Shown here piece by piece: positions 36,465-50,626 of a stretch of DNA of 64,000 nucleotides. Each line of letters starts with the position of its first letter. The first letter of the stretch is position 1. Position numbers and translations under genes: made by a program. The stretch is from contig CAIKLM010000148.1 of the NCBI GenBank assembly GCA_903828235.1, positions 5,903 to 69,902 of the forward strand. The letters run 5' to 3'. The notes beneath the pieces were generated by a model that had not been told where the DNA came from, searched no databases, and worked only from the letters and a program-made list of their open reading frames with translations. The DNA is from an uncultured beta proteobacterium. GTDB lineage: Bacteria; Pseudomonadota; Gammaproteobacteria; Burkholderiales; Burkholderiaceae_C.

Positions 36465-37679
36465 ATGACCCCGCACCTGCCCATCTACATGGACTACGGC
36501 GCCACGACGCCGTGCGACCCGCGCGTCGTCGACGCGATGATCCCCTGGCTGCGCGAGCACTTCGGCAACCCGGCCAGCCGCAGTCACGCCTGGGGCTGGG
36601 AGGCCGAGGAGGCCGTCGAGAAGGCGCGCGCCCAGGTCGCTGCGCTGCTGAACGCCGACCCGCGCGAGATTGTCTGGACCAGCGGCGCCACCGAGAGCAA
36701 CAACCTGGCGATCAAGGGCGCGGCGCACTTCTACGCCAGCCGCGGCAAGCACATCGTCACCGTCAAGACCGAGCACAAGGCCGTGCTCGACACGACGCGC
36801 GAGCTCGAGCGCCAGGGCTTCGAGGTGACCTATCTCGAGGTGCAGGAGAACGGCCTGCTCGACCTCGACCGGTTCAAGGACGCGCTGCGGCCCGACACCA
36901 TCCTGGCCAGCGTGATGATCGTGAACAACGAGATCGGCGTGATCCAGGACATCCCCACGATCGGCGCGATGTGCCGCGAACGCGGGATCATCCTGCACGT
37001 CGACGCCGCGCAGGCCACCGGCAAGGTGGCCATCGACATGGCCACGCTGCCGGTCGACCTGATGAGCCTGGCCTCGCACAAGACCTACGGCCCCAAGGGC
37101 ATCGGCGCCCTGTACGTGCGGCGCAAGCCGCGCGTGCGCCTGGAGGCGCAGATGCACGGCGGCGGCCACGAGCGCGGCATGCGCAGCGGCACGCTGCCCA
37201 CGCACCAGTGCGTGGGCATGGGGCTGGCGTTCGAGATCGCGCGCCAGGAGATGGGCACCGAGCTCGAGCGCGTGCGCATGCTGCAGAAGCGGCTGCTCGA
37301 CGGCATCAGGGGCATCGAGCAGGTGTTCATCAACGGCGACCTTGAGCGCCGGGTGCCGCACAACCTGAACGCCAGCTTCAACTTCGTCGAGGGCGAGAGC
37401 CTGATCATGGGCGTCAAGGGCATCGCGGTCAGCTCGGGCAGCGCCTGCACCAGCGCCAGCCTGGAGCCGAGCTACGTGCTGCGCGCCCTGGGCCGCAGCG
37501 ACGAGCTGGCGCACAGCAGCCTGCGCATGACCATCGGCCGCTTCACCACCGAGCACGACATCGACACCGCCGTGGCGCTGCTGCAGGACCGCGTGGCCCG
37601 GCTGCGCGAGCTCTCGCCGCTGTGGGAGATGTACAAGGACGGCATCGACCTCAACACCATTCAGTGGGCCGCGCACTGA
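36465..37679 (+). CDS. iscS: cysteine desulfurase
   Basis: [34 protein letters not shown]. Confidence 0.97.
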   Translation: MTPHLPIYMDYGATTPCDPRVVDAMIPWLREHFGNPASRSHAWGWEAEEAVEKARAQVAALLNADPREIVWTSGATESNNLAIKGAAHFYASRGKHIVTVKTEHKAVLDTTRELERQGFEVTYLEVQENGLLDLDRFKDALRPDTILASVMIVNNEIGVIQDIPTIGAMCRERGIILHVDAAQATGKVAIDMATLPVDLMSLASHKTYGPKGIGALYVRRKPRVRLEAQMHGGGHERGMRSGTLPTHQCVGMGLAFEIARQEMGTELERVRMLQKRLLDGIRGIEQVFINGDLERRVPHNLNASFNFVEGESLIMGVKGIAVSSGSACTSASLEPSYVLRALGRSDELAHSSLRMTIGRFTTEHDIDTAVALLQDRVARLRELSPLWEMYKDGIDLNTIQWAAH

Positions 37680-37716
37680 GCGCACGCGGCCGCGACGTCA
37701 CCAGGAGTACCGGAAC

Positions 37717-38127
37717 ATGGCTTACAGCGACAAGGTCGTCGAGCACTACGAGAACCCGCGCAACGTCGGCAGCTTCGACAAGTGCGATGCCGACGTCGGC
37801 ACCGGCATGGTTGGCGCGCCGGCCTGCGGCGACGTGATGAAGCTGCAGATCAAGGTCAACCCCGCCACCGGGCTGATCGAGGACGCGCGCTTCAAGACCT
37901 ACGGCTGCGGCTCGGCCATCGCCAGCAGCTCGCTCGTCACCGAGTGGGTCAAGGGCAAGAGCCTGGACGAGGCGCTGACGATCAAGAACACGCAGATCGC
38001 CGAGGAACTGGCGCTGCCGCCGGTGAAGATCCACTGCTCCATCCTGGCCGAGGACGCCATCAAGGCTGCGGTCGAGGACTACAAGCAGAAGCACGGCGCC
38101 ACCGCCACCGCCGCTGCCGCGGACTGA
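37717..38127 (+). CDS. iscU: Fe-S scaffold protein
   Basis: [36 protein letters not shown]. Confidence 0.97.
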   Translation: MAYSDKVVEHYENPRNVGSFDKCDADVGTGMVGAPACGDVMKLQIKVNPATGLIEDARFKTYGCGSAIASSSLVTEWVKGKSLDEALTIKNTQIAEELALPPVKIHCSILAEDAIKAAVEDYKQKHGATATAAAAD

Positions 38128-38134
38128 CCCCGCC

Positions 38135-38458
38135 ATGGCCGTCACGCTCACCGAGGCCGCGGCGCGGCACGTCACCCGCTACCTCGGTCGCCGGGGCAAG
38201 GGTGTCGGCGTGCGCCTGGGCGTCAAGACCACCGGCTGCTCGGGCCTGGCCTACAAGCTCGAGTACGCCGACGAGGTGGCGCCGGAGGACATCGTCTTCG
38301 AGGACCACGGCGTCAAGGTGCTGATCGACCCCAAGAGCCTGCCCTACATCGACGGCACCGAGCTCGACTTCGTGCGCGAGGGGCTCAACGAAGGCTTCAA
38401 GTTCCACAACCCGCGCGAGAAAGACCGCTGCGGCTGCGGCGAATCCTTCCGGGTCTGA
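38135..38458 (+). CDS. iscA: Fe-S carrier protein
   Basis: [22 protein letters not shown]. Confidence 0.96.
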   Translation: MAVTLTEAAARHVTRYLGRRGKGVGVRLGVKTTGCSGLAYKLEYADEVAPEDIVFEDHGVKVLIDPKSLPYIDGTELDFVREGLNEGFKFHNPREKDRCGCGESFRV

Positions 38459-38940
38459 TGGAGCCCGCGGTCACGATCGCCGAGGAACGCCCCGACCAGC
38501 CCGAGGTCGTGGCGCTGCTGGCCGCGCTCGACCGCTACCTGGGCGGCCTGTACGCGCCCGAGGCCAACCACATCCTCTCCGTCGACGAGCTGCTGTCGGC
38601 GGACATCAGTTTCTTCGTCGCGCGCGAGCAGGGCGAGGCCGTCGGCACCGCCGCCTGCCGCCGCATGGCCGGCGAGCCCGCCACCGGCGGCCAGCCCTAC
38701 GGCGAGGTCAAGCGCATGTACGTCGATCCGGCGCGCCGCGGCCGCCGACTGGGCGCGCGGCTGCTCGACGCCGTGGAAGAGCGGCTGCGCCGCGACGGCT
38801 ATCGCCTGGCGCTGCTGGAGACCGGCCGCGACCAGACCGAGGCCGTCAAGCGCTACGAGCGCGCCGGCTACGCGCCGCGCGACCCCTTTGCCGGCTACCC
38901 GGACAACGGGCTGTCGCTGTTCATGGCCAAGGCGCTGTAG
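38458..38940 (+). CDS. GNAT family N-acetyltransferase
   Basis: GEVKRMYVDPARRGRRLG (acetyl-CoA motif A), LETG, YERAGY. TGATG overlap with the iscA stop. Confidence 0.88.
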   Translation: MEPAVTIAEERPDQPEVVALLAALDRYLGGLYAPEANHILSVDELLSADISFFVAREQGEAVGTAACRRMAGEPATGGQPYGEVKRMYVDPARRGRRLGARLLDAVEERLRRDGYRLALLETGRDQTEAVKRYERAGYAPRDPFAGYPDNGLSLFMAKAL

Positions 38941-38953
38941 CCAGGGCCGCGCG

Positions 38954-39475
38954 ATGAAGCTCTCCGACGACGACTTCACCCTGTTCGGGCTGCCGCCGCG
39001 CCAGCAACTCGACCGCGCCGTGCTCGACGCGCGCCGCCGCGAGTTGCAGGCCGCCACCCACCCCGACCGCTTCGCCGCCGAGGGCACCGCGGCGCAGCGC
39101 GTGGCCATGCAGTGGTCGGTGCGCGTCAACGAGGCCTGGCAGCGCCTGAAGGACCCGCTGACGCGCGCCGCCTACCTGTGCGAGCAGCGCGGCGTGCCGG
39201 TGGCCGCCGAGAGCAACACCGCGATGCCGCGCGAGTTCCTGCAGCAGCAGATGACTTGGCGCGAGGCGCTCGACGACGCCGCCGACGCGGCGGCCGTGCA
39301 GGCGCTGGACGACGCCGTGGCCGCGCAGGAGCGCGCGATGCACCAGCGCCTGGTGGCGCTGCTCGACGAGCACGGCGACGCCGCCGCCGCCGCTGCGCAG
39401 GTGCGCGCGCTGATGTTCGTGACCCGCTTCCGCGAGGCGCTGGCGCAGCGCCTCGAGCGGCTCGCCGCCGCCTGA
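38954..39475 (+). CDS. hscB: Fe-S co-chaperone
   Basis: J-domain HPD (THPDRF), [17 protein letters not shown]. Confidence 0.93.
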   Translation: MKLSDDDFTLFGLPPRQQLDRAVLDARRRELQAATHPDRFAAEGTAAQRVAMQWSVRVNEAWQRLKDPLTRAAYLCEQRGVPVAAESNTAMPREFLQQQMTWREALDDAADAAAVQALDDAVAAQERAMHQRLVALLDEHGDAAAAAAQVRALMFVTRFREALAQRLERLAAA

Positions 39476-39489
39476 CACCCGTTCCCCCG

Positions 39490-41352
39490 ATGGCCCTCCT
39501 GCAGATTTCAGAGCCCGGCCAGGCGCCGGACCCGCACCAGCGCCGCATCGCCGTGGGCATCGACCTGGGCACCACGAACTCGCTGGTGGCCGCCGTGCGC
39601 CACGGCGTGCCCGAGTGCCTGCCCGACGCGCAGGGCCGGCTGCTGCTGCCCAGCGCCGTGCACTACCCCGAGGGCGGCGGCCGCCGCATCGGCCACGAGG
39701 CCCTGGCGGCGCAGGCCAGCGACGCCGCCAACGCCGTCGCGTCGTTCAAGCGCCTGATGGGCCGCCGCCTGGCCGACGTGGCCGGCGCTGCCCGGCTGCC
39801 CTACGCGCTGGTCGACCAGCCCGGCATGGTGGCCGTGGCCACGCGCGCGGGCCCGAAGACGCCGGTGGGGCTGTCGGCCGAGATCCTGGCCACGCTGCGC
39901 CAGCGCGCCGAGGACAGCTTCGACAGCGAGCTGCACGGCGCCGTCATCACCGTGCCCGCCTACTTCGACGACGCGCAGCGCCAGGCCACGAAGGACGCGG
40001 CGCAGCTGGCCGGCCTGAACGTGCTGCGCCTGATCAGCGAGCCCACGGCCGCCGCCGTGGCCTACGGCCTGGACCACGGCAGCGAGGGCCTGTACGCCGT
40101 CTACGACCTGGGCGGCGGCACCTTCGACATCAGCCTGCTGCGCCTGACCAAGGGCGTGTTCGAGGTCGTGGCCACTGGCGGCGACGCCGCCCTGGGTGGC
40201 GACGACATCGACCACGTGCTGGCCGACTGGGCGCTGGCGCAGGCCGACGTCGACGCCGCGACGCTGGGCCCGCAGGACCGCCGCAGCGCGCTGATCGCCG
40301 CGCGCGCCACCAAGGAGGCGCTGAGCGCGGCCGGCAGCACCGAGTGGAAGGCCAGCGTCTGCGGGCGAGCGCTGCACGTGCCGGTGAGCCGCGCGCAGCT
40401 CGACGCCCTGGCCGCGCCGCTGGTGGAGCGCACGCTGGCCGCCGTGCGAAAGGTGCTGCGCGACGCCCGCGTGGCGGCCGACGAGGTGCAGGGCGTGGTG
40501 ATGGTGGGCGGCAGCACGCGCATGCCGCTGGTGCGCGAGCGCGTCAGCGCGCTGTTCGGCCGCCCGGTGCTGACCGACGTGAACCCCGACGAGGTCGTGG
40601 CCATCGGCGCCGCGATCCAGGCCAACGCGCTGGCCGGCAACGCCAGGGACGGTGAGCTGCTGCTGTTGGACGTGATCGCGCTCAGCCTGGGCCTGGAGAC
40701 CATGGGCGGGCTGGTCGAGCGCGTGATCGAGCGCAACAGCACCATCCCCGTGGCCAAGGCGCAGGACTTCACCACCTTCAAGGACGGCCAGACGGCGATG
40801 GCCATCCACGTCGTGCAGGGCGAGCGCGAGCTGGTGGCCGACTGCCGCAGCCTGGCGCGCTTCGAGCTGCGCGGCATTCCGCCGATGGCCGCCGGCGCGG
40901 CGCGCATCCGCGTCACCTTCCAGGTCGACGCCGACGGGCTGCTGAGCGTGTCGGCGCGCGAGCTGGGCTCGGGCGTCGAGGCCTCGGTGGCCGTCAAGCC
41001 CAGCTACGGCCTGGCCGACGAGCAGATCGCGCAGATGCTGAAGGACGGCTTCGCCCACGCCGAGGGCGACATGGCCGCGCGCAAGCTGCGCGAGGCGCGG
41101 GTGGAGGCCGAGCGCATGGTGCTGGCCACGCGCGCCGCGCTGGCCGCCGACGGCGCGCTGCTCGACGCCGCCGAGCGCTGGGCCATCGAGGCGCTGCTGC
41201 TGGCCACCGAGGCGCAGGCGCGCGGCACCGACGCCGACGCCATCGACGCGGCCGTCGAGGCCCTGGCCGAGGGCACCGAGGGCTTCGCCGCCGCACGCAT
41301 GAACGAGGGCATCCGGCGCGCGCTGGCCGGCCGCTCGCTCGACCAGATCTGA
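39490..41352 (+). CDS. hscA: Fe-S chaperone (Hsp70 family)
   Basis: [36 protein letters not shown]. Confidence 0.95.
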   Translation: MALLQISEPGQAPDPHQRRIAVGIDLGTTNSLVAAVRHGVPECLPDAQGRLLLPSAVHYPEGGGRRIGHEALAAQASDAANAVASFKRLMGRRLADVAGAARLPYALVDQPGMVAVATRAGPKTPVGLSAEILATLRQRAEDSFDSELHGAVITVPAYFDDAQRQATKDAAQLAGLNVLRLISEPTAAAVAYGLDHGSEGLYAVYDLGGGTFDISLLRLTKGVFEVVATGGDAALGGDDIDHVLADWALAQADVDAATLGPQDRRSALIAARATKEALSAAGSTEWKASVCGRALHVPVSRAQLDALAAPLVERTLAAVRKVLRDARVAADEVQGVVMVGGSTRMPLVRERVSALFGRPVLTDVNPDEVVAIGAAIQANALAGNARDGELLLLDVIALSLGLETMGGLVERVIERNSTIPVAKAQDFTTFKDGQTAMAIHVVQGERELVADCRSLARFELRGIPPMAAGAARIRVTFQVDADGLLSVSARELGSGVEASVAVKPSYGLADEQIAQMLKDGFAHAEGDMAARKLREARVEAERMVLATRAALAADGALLDAAERWAIEALLLATEAQARGTDADAIDAAVEALAEGTEGFAAARMNEGIRRALAGRSLDQI

Positions 41353-41373
41353 AGGCCCCGACCGAAGGCCCCC

Positions 41374-41712
41374 ATGCCCGTCATCCGCATCCTTCCCCAC
41401 CCCGAACTGGCGCCCCAGGGCACCACCATCGAGGCCCCTGCCGGCACCTCGCTGTGCGAGGCCATGCTGGAGCATGGCGTCGAGATCGAGCACGCCTGCG
41501 AGATGAGCTGCGCCTGCACCACCTGCCACGTAATCGTGAAGGAGGGCTTCGACTCGCTGGGCGAGATGGACGAGTCGGAGGAGGACCTGCTCGACCGCGC
41601 CTGGGGCCTGACGCCGACTTCGCGCCTGAGCTGCCAGGCCATCCTGTCCAACCGCGACGTGACGATCGAGATCCCCAAGTACACGATCAACCACGCCCGC
41701 GAGAAGCACTGA
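41374..41712 (+). CDS. fdx: ISC-system [2Fe-2S] ferredoxin
   Basis: EHACEMSCACTTCH, SRLSCQA. Confidence 0.95.
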   Translation: MPVIRILPHPELAPQGTTIEAPAGTSLCEAMLEHGVEIEHACEMSCACTTCHVIVKEGFDSLGEMDESEEDLLDRAWGLTPTSRLSCQAILSNRDVTIEIPKYTINHAREKH

Positions 41713-41781
41713 GCAAGGCGCGGTGGTGCGCAGGCAGTGCCCCGCCAGCCGCGTGCCCGCCGCGCGAGGCCAGGACTTCCG

Positions 41782-42834
41782 ATGAAGGTGCTGGGCATCG
41801 AGTCGTCGTGCGACGAGACCGGCGTCGCGCTGGTCGAGGCGGGCGGCGACGCGTCGACGCCGCCGCGCCTGCTGGCCGAGGCGCTGCACACGCAGGCGGC
41901 CATGCACGCCGACTACGGCGGCGTCGTGCCCGAGCTGGCCTCGCGCGACCACATCCGCCGCGTGCTGCCGCTGCTGGAGCGCGTGCTGGCCGATGCGGGC
42001 GCCGCGCCGGCCGACATCGGCCTCGTCGCCTACACGCGCGGCCCCGGGCTGGCCGGGGCGCTGCTGGTGGGCGCGGGCGTGGCGGTGGCGCTGGCCGCCG
42101 CGCTGGGGCGTCCGGCGCTGGGCGTGCACCACCTCGAGGGGCACCTGCTGTCGCCGTTCCTGGCCTCGCCGACGCCGGCCTTCCCATTCGTGGCGCTGCT
42201 GGTGTCGGGCGGGCACACGCAGCTGATGCACGTGGCCGGCGTGGGCCGCTACGAACTGCTGGGCGAGACCATCGACGACGCTGCCGGCGAGGCCTTCGAC
42301 AAGAGCGCCAAGCTGCTGGGCCTGGGCTACCCGGGCGGGCCGGCGCTGGCGCGGCTGGCCGAGCGGGGCGACGCGGCGGCGTTCAAGCTGCCGCGCCCCT
42401 TGCTGCACAGCGGCGACCTGGACTTCTCGTTCGCCGGCCTGAAGACCGCCGTGCTCACGCAGCACCGCAAGCTCGGCGCCGCACCCGACGCCCAGGCCCT
42501 GGCCGACCTGGCCGCGGCCACGCAGGAGGCCATCGTCGACGTGCTGGTGGCCAAGTCGCTGCGCGCGCTCGAGGCCACCGGCGCCAGCACGCTGGTGGTG
42601 GCCGGCGGGGTGGGCGCCAACCGGCGCCTGCGCCAGCGTCTCGATGCCGCGGTGGCGCGCCGCGGCGCCGCCGTGCACTACCCGCCGCTGGCGCTGTGCA
42701 CCGACAACGGCGCGATGATCGCGCTGGCCGCGGCACTGCGGCTGCAGCACGGGCTGGCCGTGCCGCAGACCGACGGCGCCTTCGACGTGCGGCCGCGCTG
42801 GCCGCTGGCCGAGCTGTCGATCACGACACCGTGA
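41782..42834 (+). CDS. tsaD: tRNA N6-threonylcarbamoyladenosine synthesis protein
   Basis: [42 protein letters not shown]. Confidence 0.95.
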   Translation: MKVLGIESSCDETGVALVEAGGDASTPPRLLAEALHTQAAMHADYGGVVPELASRDHIRRVLPLLERVLADAGAAPADIGLVAYTRGPGLAGALLVGAGVAVALAAALGRPALGVHHLEGHLLSPFLASPTPAFPFVALLVSGGHTQLMHVAGVGRYELLGETIDDAAGEAFDKSAKLLGLGYPGGPALARLAERGDAAAFKLPRPLLHSGDLDFSFAGLKTAVLTQHRKLGAAPDAQALADLAAATQEAIVDVLVAKSLRALEATGASTLVVAGGVGANRRLRQRLDAAVARRGAAVHYPPLALCTDNGAMIALAAALRLQHGLAVPQTDGAFDVRPRWPLAELSITTP

Positions 42835-43258
42835 TCTGCGCCGCGTTGCGCGCGCCGCGCTTGGGCAGCGTCAGCGTCAGCACGCCGTGCTCGAGCCGCG
42901 CGCCGGCCTCGGCCTGGTCCACTTCCAGCGGCAGCGTGAAGGTGCGCGCGTAGCTCGACACCGAGCGTTCGCGGTAGACCACGCGCTCGCCGTCCTTGCG
43001 CTCCTCCTGGTGCTGGCCCTGGGCCTGCACGGTGACCTGGCGGCCGTCGATCGACACCTTGACGTCTTCGCGGGCCACGCCCGGCATCTCGAGCTTGACG
43101 GTGTAGCCGCGGTCGCTCTCGGCGACGTCGAGCGCGGGGCTGCGCGAGGCCACGCTCTCGGCCGCGGGCACGGCGACCTGCCCGAAGAAGCGGTCGAAGG
43201 CGTCGTCGAAAAGCCGGGTGAGCTGGCGGGTGTCGCGGCTGCTGGGAACGATGAACAT
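42821..43258 (-). CDS. small heat shock protein (Hsp20)
   Basis: [46 protein letters not shown] present. 3' end overlaps tsaD by 14 bp. Confidence 0.92.
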   Translation of the reverse strand: MFIVPSSRDTRQLTRLFDDAFDRFFGQVAVPAAESVASRSPALDVAESDRGYTVKLEMPGVAREDVKVSIDGRQVTVQAQGQHQEERKDGERVVYRERSVSSYARTFTLPLEVDQAEAGARLEHGVLTLTLPKRGARNAAQITVS

Positions 43259-43380
43259 GGGGCCTCCTAGAATGGCGTGGCACACACACATCGCCGTGCC
43301 GGCCCGAGGGCCCTGGTCACGGCGTCCATGGCCCGCAGGTGACTGCCGGCTGCCGCGTTTTCAAGACCTTTCGTTCTGAC

Positions 43381-44658
43381 GTGCATCAAACCCGACGCAG
43401 GCTGCTGGCCGGGGCGACCTTGCTGCCCCTGGCGCTGCGCGGCCAGGCCCAGGGCGCCACCGAGCCGCTGCGCCTGGCGCTGATCGAGGGCCTGTCCGGC
43501 CCGTTCGCCAACGCCGGCGAGGCGGTGTTCCGCAACCTGCTGTGGGCCGTGGAGCGCGTGAACGCGCGCGGCGGCGTGCGCGTGGGGCCTCGGCGCCGGC
43601 CGCTGGCCTTGTCGCGCCACGACAGCAAGGGCAGCTCCGAGGAGGCACTGTCGGCGCTGCGTGGCGCGCTCGACGACGGCGCCAGCATCGTGCTGCAGGG
43701 CAACAGCTCGGCCACCGCCGCGGTGCTGTCGGATGCCATCGACAAGCACAACGAGCGCAGCCCCCAGCGGCGCGTGCTGTTCCTGAACTACTCCGCCGTG
43801 GACCCGACGCTCACCAACGAGCGCTGCAGCTTCTGGCACTTCCGCTTCGACGCCCACGCCGACATGCGGCTGGCGGCGCTGGTCGAGGCGCTGCAGGCCG
43901 ACCGCCGCGTGCAGCGCCTGTACCTCATCGGTCAGGACTACAGCTTCGGCCAGCACGTGCTGCGCCAGGCCCGGGCGCTGGTGGCGCAGCGGCGGCCCGA
44001 CATCGAGATCGTCGGCGACGAGCTGCACCCGCTGGGCCGCGTGCGCGACTTCATGCCCTACGCCACCAAGATCAAGGCCAGCGGCGCGCAGGCCGTGCTC
44101 ACGCCCAACTGGGGCAACGACCTGGCGCTGCTGGTGCGGGCGCTGCGCGAGGTGGGCAGCGTGGCGCGCCTGTACACCTTCTACGGCAACGCCCTGGGCA
44201 CGCCGGCGGCCATCGGCGAGGCCGGCGTGGGCCGCGTGCTCGCGGTGGCCGAGTGGCACCCCAACCTGGGCGGCGAGACGTCCGACGACCTGGTGCGCGC
44301 CTTCCGCCGCCGCTTCCCGGCGCCGCAGGACGACTACCTGCACCTGCGCATGCAGCTGATGGTGGAGATGCTGGCCGTGGCCATCGAGCGCGCCGGCAGC
44401 ACCGAGGCCGCCGCGGTGGCGCGTGCGCTCGAGGGCCTGGACTCGTCGGCCACGCCCTTCGCCTGGCACCCGGCGCGCATGCGCGCCGCCGACCACCAGC
44501 TGCAGCAACCGCTGGTGGTCAGCGTGATGGAGCGTGCCGGCTCGCCCGGCGTGCCGTTCGACGTCGAGGGATCGGGCTTCGGCTTCCGGACGCTGCGGCG
44601 CTTCGAGGCCGAGGCCGTGGCCCAGCCGCACGCCTGCCGCATGCCGCGGCCCGACTGA
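43381..44658 (+). CDS. ABC transporter substrate-binding protein (LivK/branched-chain amino acid type), Tat-like signal
   Basis: TRRRLL, IEGLSGPFANAG, QGNSS, FRFDAHADM, QDYSFG, GNWG-like PNWGNDL. GTG start chosen; exact start uncertain. Confidence 0.85.
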   Translation: MHQTRRRLLAGATLLPLALRGQAQGATEPLRLALIEGLSGPFANAGEAVFRNLLWAVERVNARGGVRVGPRRRPLALSRHDSKGSSEEALSALRGALDDGASIVLQGNSSATAAVLSDAIDKHNERSPQRRVLFLNYSAVDPTLTNERCSFWHFRFDAHADMRLAALVEALQADRRVQRLYLIGQDYSFGQHVLRQARALVAQRRPDIEIVGDELHPLGRVRDFMPYATKIKASGAQAVLTPNWGNDLALLVRALREVGSVARLYTFYGNALGTPAAIGEAGVGRVLAVAEWHPNLGGETSDDLVRAFRRRFPAPQDDYLHLRMQLMVEMLAVAIERAGSTEAAAVARALEGLDSSATPFAWHPARMRAADHQLQQPLVVSVMERAGSPGVPFDVEGSGFGFRTLRRFEAEAVAQPHACRMPRPD

Positions 44659-44701
44659 CGGCCCGACTGACGGCCTGACGACCCCCGAGGAAGGAGCTCG
44701 C

Positions 44702-45871
44702 ATGATCCGCGCCGCCATCGAGCAATTGCCCGCCAGCCTGATCCGCGAGGTGGCCAACGCCGGCCTGGGCCGCACCGACGTGCTGCCGTTCTGGTTTGGC
44801 GAGAGCGACGAGGTCACGCCCGAGCCCATCCGCGCGGCGGCGGCCGAGTCCCTGGCGCGGGGCGAGACCTTCTACTCGCACAACCTCGGGCTGCCCGAAC
44901 TGCGCGAGGCCATCGCCGCCTACGCCACGGCGCTGCACCGTCCGGTGGCGGCCTCGCGCATCGCCGTCACCTCGGCCGGGGTGAGCGCGCTGATGCTGGC
45001 CATGCAGATGCTGCTGGGCGCGGGCGACGAAGTCGTGGCCGTGGTGCCCGTGTGGCCCAACCTGACCGCGCAGCCGGCGATCCTGGGCGCCCGGGTGACC
45101 CGTGTCGCGCTGGCACCCGACGCGCAGGGCGCCTGGCGGCTGGACCTGCCCGCGCTGCTGGCGCGCGTGACGCCGGCCACGCGCGTGCTGCTGGTCAACG
45201 CGCCCAACAACCCCACCGGGTGGACGCTCGGCGCCGCCGAGCAGCAGGCGATGCTCGAGCACTGCCGGCGCACCGGCACCTGGATCGTGGCCGACGAGGT
45301 GTACGAGCGGCTGGCCTTCGACGTGCCGGCCGGTGGCGCTGCGCCGAGCTTCCTCGACCTGGCCGAGCCCGACGACCGCGTGGTGGTGGTGCACAGCTTC
45401 AGCAAGAGCTTCCTGATGACGGGCTGGCGCCTGGGCTGGCTGGTGCTGCCCGAGGCGGCGATGCCGGCGATGGGGCGGCTGCTGGAGTTCAACAGCTCCT
45501 GCGCGCCGGTCTTCGTGCAGCGCGGCGGCCTGGCGGCGCTGGCGATCGCCGACACGCTGGTGCCGCGCGTCGTGGCCCACCTGCGGCTGTGCCGCGACCG
45601 GCTGGTCGGCGGCCTGCAGGCGCTGCCGGGCGTGCGGGTGGCCGCGGCCCCGGGCGGGCTGTACGCCTTCTTCCGCGCCGAAGGCCACCCGCTGGCCGGC
45701 GACTCGCTGGCCCTGGCGCGGCACCTGGTGGCCGCCCACGGCCTGGGCCTGGCCCCCGGCGCCGCCTTCGGGCCCGAAGGCGAGGGCTGGCTGCGCTGGT
45801 GCTTCGCCTCGCGCGACCCGGCCCGGCTCGACGACGGCCTGGCGCGGCTCAGGGCAGCCCTCGTGCCATAA
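44702..45871 (+). CDS. PLP-dependent aminotransferase class I/II
   Basis: [34 protein letters not shown]. Confidence 0.9.
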   Translation: MIRAAIEQLPASLIREVANAGLGRTDVLPFWFGESDEVTPEPIRAAAAESLARGETFYSHNLGLPELREAIAAYATALHRPVAASRIAVTSAGVSALMLAMQMLLGAGDEVVAVVPVWPNLTAQPAILGARVTRVALAPDAQGAWRLDLPALLARVTPATRVLLVNAPNNPTGWTLGAAEQQAMLEHCRRTGTWIVADEVYERLAFDVPAGGAAPSFLDLAEPDDRVVVVHSFSKSFLMTGWRLGWLVLPEAAMPAMGRLLEFNSSCAPVFVQRGGLAALAIADTLVPRVVAHLRLCRDRLVGGLQALPGVRVAAAPGGLYAFFRAEGHPLAGDSLALARHLVAAHGLGLAPGAAFGPEGEGWLRWCFASRDPARLDDGLARLRAALVP

Positions 45872-46029
45872 TCGGCGTCTCTCCGGCCCCCGGCTGGGGA
45901 GAGCACGGCGCCGGTCGGTTTCACTGGCGTTCGCAAGTAGACGCACGGAAACCTCTCTCGGCGGCGCGCTGGCCTGGCGCGTTTCTGGGGCGGTTTCCAG
46001 CCAACACGGCATCCACACAGGAAATCGAC
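45867..46029 (+). promoter_or_regulatory. rpsO promoter (-10 CATAAT at 45867) and structured 5' leader
   Basis: TGC-CATAAT extended -10 overlaps the upstream stop. About 150-nt leader with stems GGTTTC/GAAACC (45917-45953) and inner GCGT/ACGC. Confidence 0.5.
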
Positions 46030-46299
46030 ATGCCCCTGACCACCACCGCCACCGCCGACATCGTCAAGGTCCACGCCCGTGGCGCCGCCGACACCGGCAG
46101 CCCCGAAGTGCAGGTTGCCCTGCTGACCGCGCGCATCAACGAACTCACGCCGCACTTCAAGCAGCACCTGAAGGACCACCATGGCCGCCGCGGCCTGCTG
46201 AAGATGGTCAACCAGCGCAAGCGCCTGCTGTCCTACCTGAAGGACAAGGACGCCGACCGCTACACCGCGCTGATCGCCAAGCTCGGCCTGCGCAAGTAA
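46030..46299 (+). CDS. rpsO: 30S ribosomal protein S15
   Basis: [37 protein letters not shown]. Confidence 0.97.
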   Translation: MPLTTTATADIVKVHARGAADTGSPEVQVALLTARINELTPHFKQHLKDHHGRRGLLKMVNQRKRLLSYLKDKDADRYTALIAKLGLRK

Positions 46300-46307
46300 G
46301 ACTCCCT

Positions 46308-46335
46308 GGGGGCTGCCGGCCGTTCGGCGGCCCCC
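46308..46335 (+). terminator. hairpin after rpsO
   Basis: GGGGGCTGCCG ... CGGCGGCCCCC stem, no U-tract. Confidence 0.45.
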
Positions 46336-46370
46336 GATCCCGTTCGTTCAACCCCGGGCCGCAAGAGCTG

Positions 46371-46435
46371 TGTCATTCCAACGGCACCACGCGCCGCACC
46401 CCCTGGTGCCCGCGCAGGGTCTCTCTGGAATGGCA
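46371..46435 (+). promoter_or_regulatory. pnp leader stem (putative RNase III site)
   Basis: TGTCATTCCA (46371-46380) pairs with TGGAATGGCA (46426-46435), in the position of the known pnp autoregulatory stem. Confidence 0.55.
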
Positions 46436-46470
46436 TTGCGCTGCCCACCCTGTCTGAAGGAAGACACCGC

Positions 46471-48777
<2,307 letters not shown>

Positions 48778-48785
48778 GCCCTGGC

Positions 48786-49811
48786 GTGGCGGCGGCCGGC
48801 ATGCCTGCGACGATGCGCGCCTTCGAGATCGCCCAGCCGGGCGGTCCGGAGGTGCTGCGCGCCTGCACGCGGCCGCAGCCCGTGCCCGGGCCTGGCGAAC
48901 TGCTGATCGCCGTGCAGGCCAGCGGCGTGAACCGCCCGGACGTCCTGCAGCGCAAGGGCCTGTACCCCATGCCGCCCGGCGTGAGCGACCTGCCGGGCCT
49001 GGAGGTCGCCGGCACCGTGATCGCCGGTGACGCCGCCGAACTGGCGGCGGCCGGCCTGGCCCTGGGCGACGCGGTCTGCGCGCTGGTGGCCGGCGGGGGC
49101 TACGCCGAGGTCTGCGCCGCGCCCGTGGGGCAATGCCTGCCGGTCCCGCGCGGGCTGACGATGGTGGAGGCGGCGAGCCTGCCCGAGACCTTCTTCACCG
49201 TCTGGCAGAACGTGTTCCAGATCGCGCACCTGCAGCCCGGCGAGACGCTGCTGGTGCAGGGCGGCTCCAGCGGCATCGGCGTCACCGCCATCCAGCTGGC
49301 CAAGGCGCGGGGCGCGCGCGTCATCGTCACCGCCGGCAGCGACGAGAAGGTGGCGGCCTGCGTGGCGCTGGGCGCCGACCACGGCATCAACTACCGCACG
49401 CAGGACTTCGCCGAGGAGACCCGGCGCCTGACCGCCGGCCGTGGCGCCGACGTGGTGCTCGACATGGTGGCTGGCGACTACGTGCTGCGCGAGCTGCAGT
49501 GCCTGGCCGACGACGGCCGGCTGGCCATCATCGCGACGCAGGGCGGCAACGGCGGCGCCTTCGACGCCGGGCTCGTGCTGCGCAAGCGCCTGACGATCAG
49601 CGGCTCGACCCTGCGGCCGCGCAGCGTGGCCTACAAGACTGCCATCGCGCGCGAGCTGCGCGCGCACGCCTGGCCCTGGCTCGAGAGCGGCCGCGTGCGG
49701 CCGGTGATCCATCGCGTGTTCCAGGCCGCCGGGCCGTCGGCGGCGGCCGACGCGCACGCGCTGATGGAATCCGGCGCGCACGTCGGCAAGCTCGTGCTGA
49801 GCTGGGCCTGA
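48786..49811 (+). CDS. NAD(P)H-quinone oxidoreductase (PIG3/MDR family)
   Basis: [35 protein letters not shown]. Start may be ATG 48801. Confidence 0.9.
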   Translation: MAAAGMPATMRAFEIAQPGGPEVLRACTRPQPVPGPGELLIAVQASGVNRPDVLQRKGLYPMPPGVSDLPGLEVAGTVIAGDAAELAAAGLALGDAVCALVAGGGYAEVCAAPVGQCLPVPRGLTMVEAASLPETFFTVWQNVFQIAHLQPGETLLVQGGSSGIGVTAIQLAKARGARVIVTAGSDEKVAACVALGADHGINYRTQDFAEETRRLTAGRGADVVLDMVAGDYVLRELQCLADDGRLAIIATQGGNGGAFDAGLVLRKRLTISGSTLRPRSVAYKTAIARELRAHAWPWLESGRVRPVIHRVFQAAGPSAAADAHALMESGAHVGKLVLSWA

Positions 49812-49839
49812 CCCCGTGTCGCACCCTGGAGCCTCCGCC

Positions 49840-50586
<747 letters not shown>

Positions 50587-50626
50587 TGCCGCTGCCGCCT
50601 TCCGAGTTCCAACGCATCGACCCATC

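Noticed and set aside
37783-37785. Extra Cys in IscU (SFDKCDAD)
   Set aside because: Single substitution in a variable loop. All three canonical Cys are intact, so it could be neutral or a base-call error.
42821-42834. 14-bp convergent overlap of tsaD and hsp20
   Set aside because: Short 3' overlaps are common, and there is no evidence of regulatory meaning.
43328-43365. sigma32 promoter for hsp20 (CTTGAAAA on the minus strand at 43365-43358)
   Set aside because: No CCCCAT-like -10 at the proper 13-17 bp spacing, and the site lies at the start of the opposite gene.
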